From Cetorhinus maximus (taxonomy: Eukaryota), in the NCBI RefSeq assembly GCF_964194155.1, contig NC_135902.1:49538001-49602000 (forward strand): DNA of 64,000 bases, given 5' to 3'. Below are positions 60,169 through 64,000 of this stretch, in pieces (position 1 is the stretch's first letter; the number at the start of each line of letters is the position of its first letter). The translations under genes were made by a program, and so were the position numbers. A model generated the notes under the pieces. The model was not told the origin of the DNA. It worked only from the letters and a program-made list of their open reading frames with translations, and ran no database searches.

Positions 60169-60529
60169 GTTCTGACCCTGTGCAATGTGAGCAGGCTATT
60201 GGACAATAGGTAACAGCACTGCTGAATCCAATTGTCTTCACAAACAACATACCCAGTACATCAGAAGAGGCCCTGCAGTGATCAGCAGCAGGAATCTTGG
60301 TCAATGTTTCTTCAAACTGTGGCCCAACTGTACAAACGCTGACTAAAGATTAATCCTTAACTGTGTGGCTTTACTGTTGTGTTGGCTGAAATCAGATCAC
60401 TGAACACAAGCCAAGACTTGAAACTGGGACTTTTCTGGCACAGTACCATATCAGGTACCAAATCAGCCATTCCCTGCCATCTGGACTCTTTGTACCCACA
60501 AGGATACCAGCAGCCCATGAAAGTCTAGT

Positions 60530-61232
60530 GACATCTACCCAACAATGTGGAAAATTGCCCAGGTATGTCCTGTACACAAAGAGGATGACAAATCCAACTC
60601 GGCCAGTTATCATCCCATTAGTCTACTCTCGATCATCAAAGTGATGAATGGGGTCGTCAACAGTGCTATCACTTACTCAAAAATAACCTGCTCAGTTTAT
60701 GTTCCACCAGGCCCACTCAGCTCCTGATCTCATTACAGCCGTGGTCCAAATGTGGACAATAGAGCTGAACTGAAGAGGTGAGGTGAGAATCATACCTAGC
60801 ACAAAGGAAGATGGTTGTGATTGTTGGAGGTCAATCAGCTCAATCCCAGTGCATCACTGCAGGAATTCCTCATCACTGCAGGAATTCCTCAGGGTAGTGT
60901 CCTAGGCCCAACCTTCTCAGCTGCTTCATCAAAGGCCTTCCCTCCATTATAAAGGTCATAAGTGGGGATGTTCACTGAAGATTGCACAATGTTCAGCACC
61001 AGTTGCCTTCCAAGCCACACCCCATCTTAACTTGGAATTGTAGCATTATTCCTTCACTGTCGCTGGGTCAAAACCCTGGAACTCCCTTAATAACATCAGT
61101 GTCTGTACCTACACCACATGGACTGAAGCTGTTCAAGAGGGTGACTCACCATCACCTGCTCAAGGGCAATTAGGGAAGTGCTATAAATGCTGGCCGAGCC
61201 AGTGACACCCACATCCCGCAAAAGAATTTTAA
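60530..61232 (+). mobile_element. CR1/L2-clade LINE, internally deleted
   Basis: WKIAQVCPVHK..DKSNSASYHPISLLSI; tail gggcaattaggg...taaatgctggcc.agccagtgacacccacatccc. Confidence 0.85.
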
Positions 61233-62574
61233 AAAGACACATTATTTGAATATTGTTCTGCGTTTACCCTAATTTTCTTCAGATGTCATGTGGTAGAATT
61301 GGGCTGTGTGTTCATATAGCAATACTGTAGAATAAAAGATCAGGTACAATAATCCCTGGGTTGAAGTGGTATTATCCATGAAGCAGTCATGCTAAAGCTT
61401 ATTAAAATATTTGGATAAGACTGGTAAACCAATGGGCAAAACAAATGCATACAACCATAGAAATGCTAAATCTCTGGTGTGATATATACATAGGACACTG
61501 GAGTATTTTGTACAAAAATTGAAACTAAAAATGGAGCAAGCCAAGATGAAAATATGTACACAAGGAAAGGACAATCGCTGGCTGCATAAGCATTTTGAAA
61601 AAGGTCAGAAAGAGTCAATTAAATTCATTTCTTTTCCTGCATGGTATTAATTCTGTCATTATCCTGCAGATGTAGCTAGGCCAATAAATAAGTGTCTCAT
61701 TACAAGTAAGTAATATGCCTGTGTACTTCTGATACTTGAAGAAGGTTCTAAGCCAAGTAATTTTAATTTCAACACAGGCAGTCAATTTTAAGTCGAGATT
61801 TGAGCTTCTGTCGACCACAAGCTCATTTACTTTCATGCTACGTTTTCCAATGCGTCAATTAACTGAAAGTTAGATTCCTCTTTAAATCTTTGCTGCTTCA
61901 TGGCACTCATCCAGCAACAGGAGGATTTGGTTAGATTCTTAATTATCAGAGGGGAGAATTTGGGATCATGTTCCCTTAAATGTGCAGTTAATGACCCTTA
62001 CCATCACATCTAACCTTTGAGTGGATAAAAAGCTTGAGGTTATGACCCCCATTTCCACCATCGCTATTAAAGTGATTTAAGACATTTGAGCAGTTACAAT
62101 CCCTGAAATTATTACACCTTATGGGATTCATTGTTCAAACTCATCAAGATCAAAGAAAATGATACTTGATATTTGTTTGAGAACAGTAGTCCAAGTCAAA
62201 TGAAAATTTGCACAATAAAGTATTTTTCAATTGGGACTTGAAAGGATTCATTATGATCCTTGTGTGTATTCTTTGTAACAATAAGAGCTCAGTGTATTAA
62301 AGAATTTGCTTGTAAACTTACCTCAGTGGAAACAAACTTTATCTTATTTATTTAGTCAGTTCTTCACCACATACTCCCACCACCTGCCCCCCCACCCACA
62401 CCATCCTTGCAAACCCAATGGTGGCTTATTCAAGTGGCCATTTCACATGGGTATGCTCAGTGACCAAAGGAGGATGTGGTGGGGTGGGGGTAGTGAGAGA
62501 GAGAGAAAAAAAGAGCGGGTATGGGGAAAGGCAGCATCGCATCTTGGCCTGATATTTATCCATTCCCATAAGAA

Positions 62575-62900
62575 TTTAAATTTAAATAATCTGCTGCCTC
62601 AACTTTCTCTTCTCCAGTGTGATGAATCCTAGGTTCTTCAGTCTCTCCTCATAGCTCCAATGTTTTAGGCTAGGGATCAATTTGAATGCATTTTTTTTAC
62701 ACTGCCAACAACATCCAGATAGCTCTATTGTAGTATGGTGACTAGAGCTGTACCCATCCTTCTGTAGGCTCATGATCTCTTCCTGGGCTTGTGTTCCAAT
62801 GTATATCCCAAGTCCTGACTAGGTCACCTTACTGCTGTCACACACTGCACTGTTGATTTGTGTGAACTATCCACTAATCCATTATCCCTCTTGTGCTGCA
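62575..62900 (-). mobile_element. CR1 fragment
   Basis: LIPSLKHWSYEERLKNLGFITLEKRKLR. Confidence 0.75.
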
Positions 62901-63439
62901 TTCTACCTCTAAAATAATTTATTTTTCCTTCTCATTGAACGATCAGGGCAGACACAAAGAGAAGGCGACCAACTTGAGGGGGGAATATAATGGAGAAATA
63001 ATAGAAATAGGGCTCAGGGATATCTGATTAACATATGATAAATTAATTCTAAGGATTTTTTTTTGAATGGCTTACTAAGGAAGGGAAAAGAAGTTTGATT
63101 CTGCCACTGTACAGCTGAAGGAAGATTAGATGGTCCAATGGTTGTTTCTAGCCTTGAGATTCTGTATTTTCATAAACTGACATCCACTTATATGCATTTC
63201 TCAAGCAGAGTCAATTAATCAAGGCCAGAAGACACTGACATTTTTTTCTTTTCCCTAATCCATGGTGATCAAATCAACTCAAGTCAGCAGAGGGTAGGAA
63301 CTGAACCTATTCACCTTTGTGCTCATTTACATATATCACAAACAGCAACAGCTATTAACAGAACATTAAAAGGGCATAAAATACATACACTAATGTTTCA
63401 TACTGTGCCCTACAGTGGGCAGACACTGGTATGGGGCCC

Positions 63440-63752
63440 ACAAACAAATATGGTCTGGTTGTACTTGCAATCCTCAGGCTACAAGTTCAGATCCCAATAT
63501 GGCAGGATTATGAAACTGAATCAAATAAATCCATGAAATTGTGGCATAGCAGCAGAAAATGACAATGAAAACTGTCAATTGCTTAAAAAAAAGCCAAAAA
63601 ACAAATGGTTCCATGTCCTTCAGGGAAGGAACATGACACCTATGAGGCCCAGACCCACAGCCTGTGGTTGACTCTTGCATGCCCCCATGGCAAAGTGGGG
63701 CTGGACAATACATAACACCTGCCAGTGTCAATCTCATGCCAAGAACATACTG
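63440..63752 (+). mobile_element. SINE with a LINE-derived tail
   Basis: gttcagatcccaa...tgtccttcagggaaggaa...ccagacccacagc.tgtggttgactctt; a related fragment lies at ~48085-48255. Confidence 0.55.
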
Positions 63753-63759
63753 ATAAATT

Positions 63760-64000
63760 ATAGGTAGGAATAGGAGTGGGCCATTCAGGCCCTTGTGTGT
63801 ATTCAGTCATTCAATGTGATAATGGTTGAATTGTATCCCAATTCCATTTACCCACCTTTGTTCTACATCCCTCAAATACTTCTACCCAAGATAAATCTAT
63901 TGGTCTTGGTCTCGAAAACTTCAATTGACGACTTCCAAAGATTTTCAGGGTGAAGGGAATTCCAGATTTCCACTACGTGCGTAGAAAAAATTGTTTTCTG
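63760..64000 (-). mobile_element. CR1 3' end running off the window
   Basis: ataggagtgggccattcaggccc...ttccatttacccacctttg...aattccagatttccactac. Confidence 0.7.

Noticed and set aside
60852-60889. 19-bp tandem duplication
   Set aside because: Simple slippage inside a dead LINE.

Overview
Vertebrate genomic DNA. The repeat content (CR1/L2-clade LINEs, Deu-domain-type SINEs, Penelope-like elements, Harbinger derivatives) points to a cartilaginous fish, probably a shark; this is an inference. Four genes can be read. SMURF2: first coding exon on the - strand (9093-9144), with intron 1 running off the left edge. KPNA2/importin alpha-1: complete on the - strand, 10 coding exons, 525 aa. tRNA-Arg(CCG): + strand, 46086-46158. 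C17orf58/UPF0450: complete on the + strand, 5 coding exons, 408 aa, with a signal peptide, a long linker and an NTR module. The order SMURF2-KPNA2-tRNA-Arg(CCG)-C17orf58 matches the mouse-type vertebrate synteny block as I recall it. The most unusual sequence-level signals are minimal hammerhead-ribozyme motifs in three Penelope-related repeat families. Two same-strand copies with an A6C core variant bracket KPNA2, and a 636-bp palindromic element carries an outward-facing hammerhead on each arm. Also noted: a possible decayed coding relic between SMURF2 and KPNA2, divergent CTCF-like motifs around KPNA2, cell-cycle promoter and maternal-mRNA 3'UTR motifs in KPNA2, uORFs upstream of SMURF2, and a ~180-nt intronic hairpin. 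Everything was read by eye: repeat boundaries are approximate, and homology statements come from memory, not from searches.
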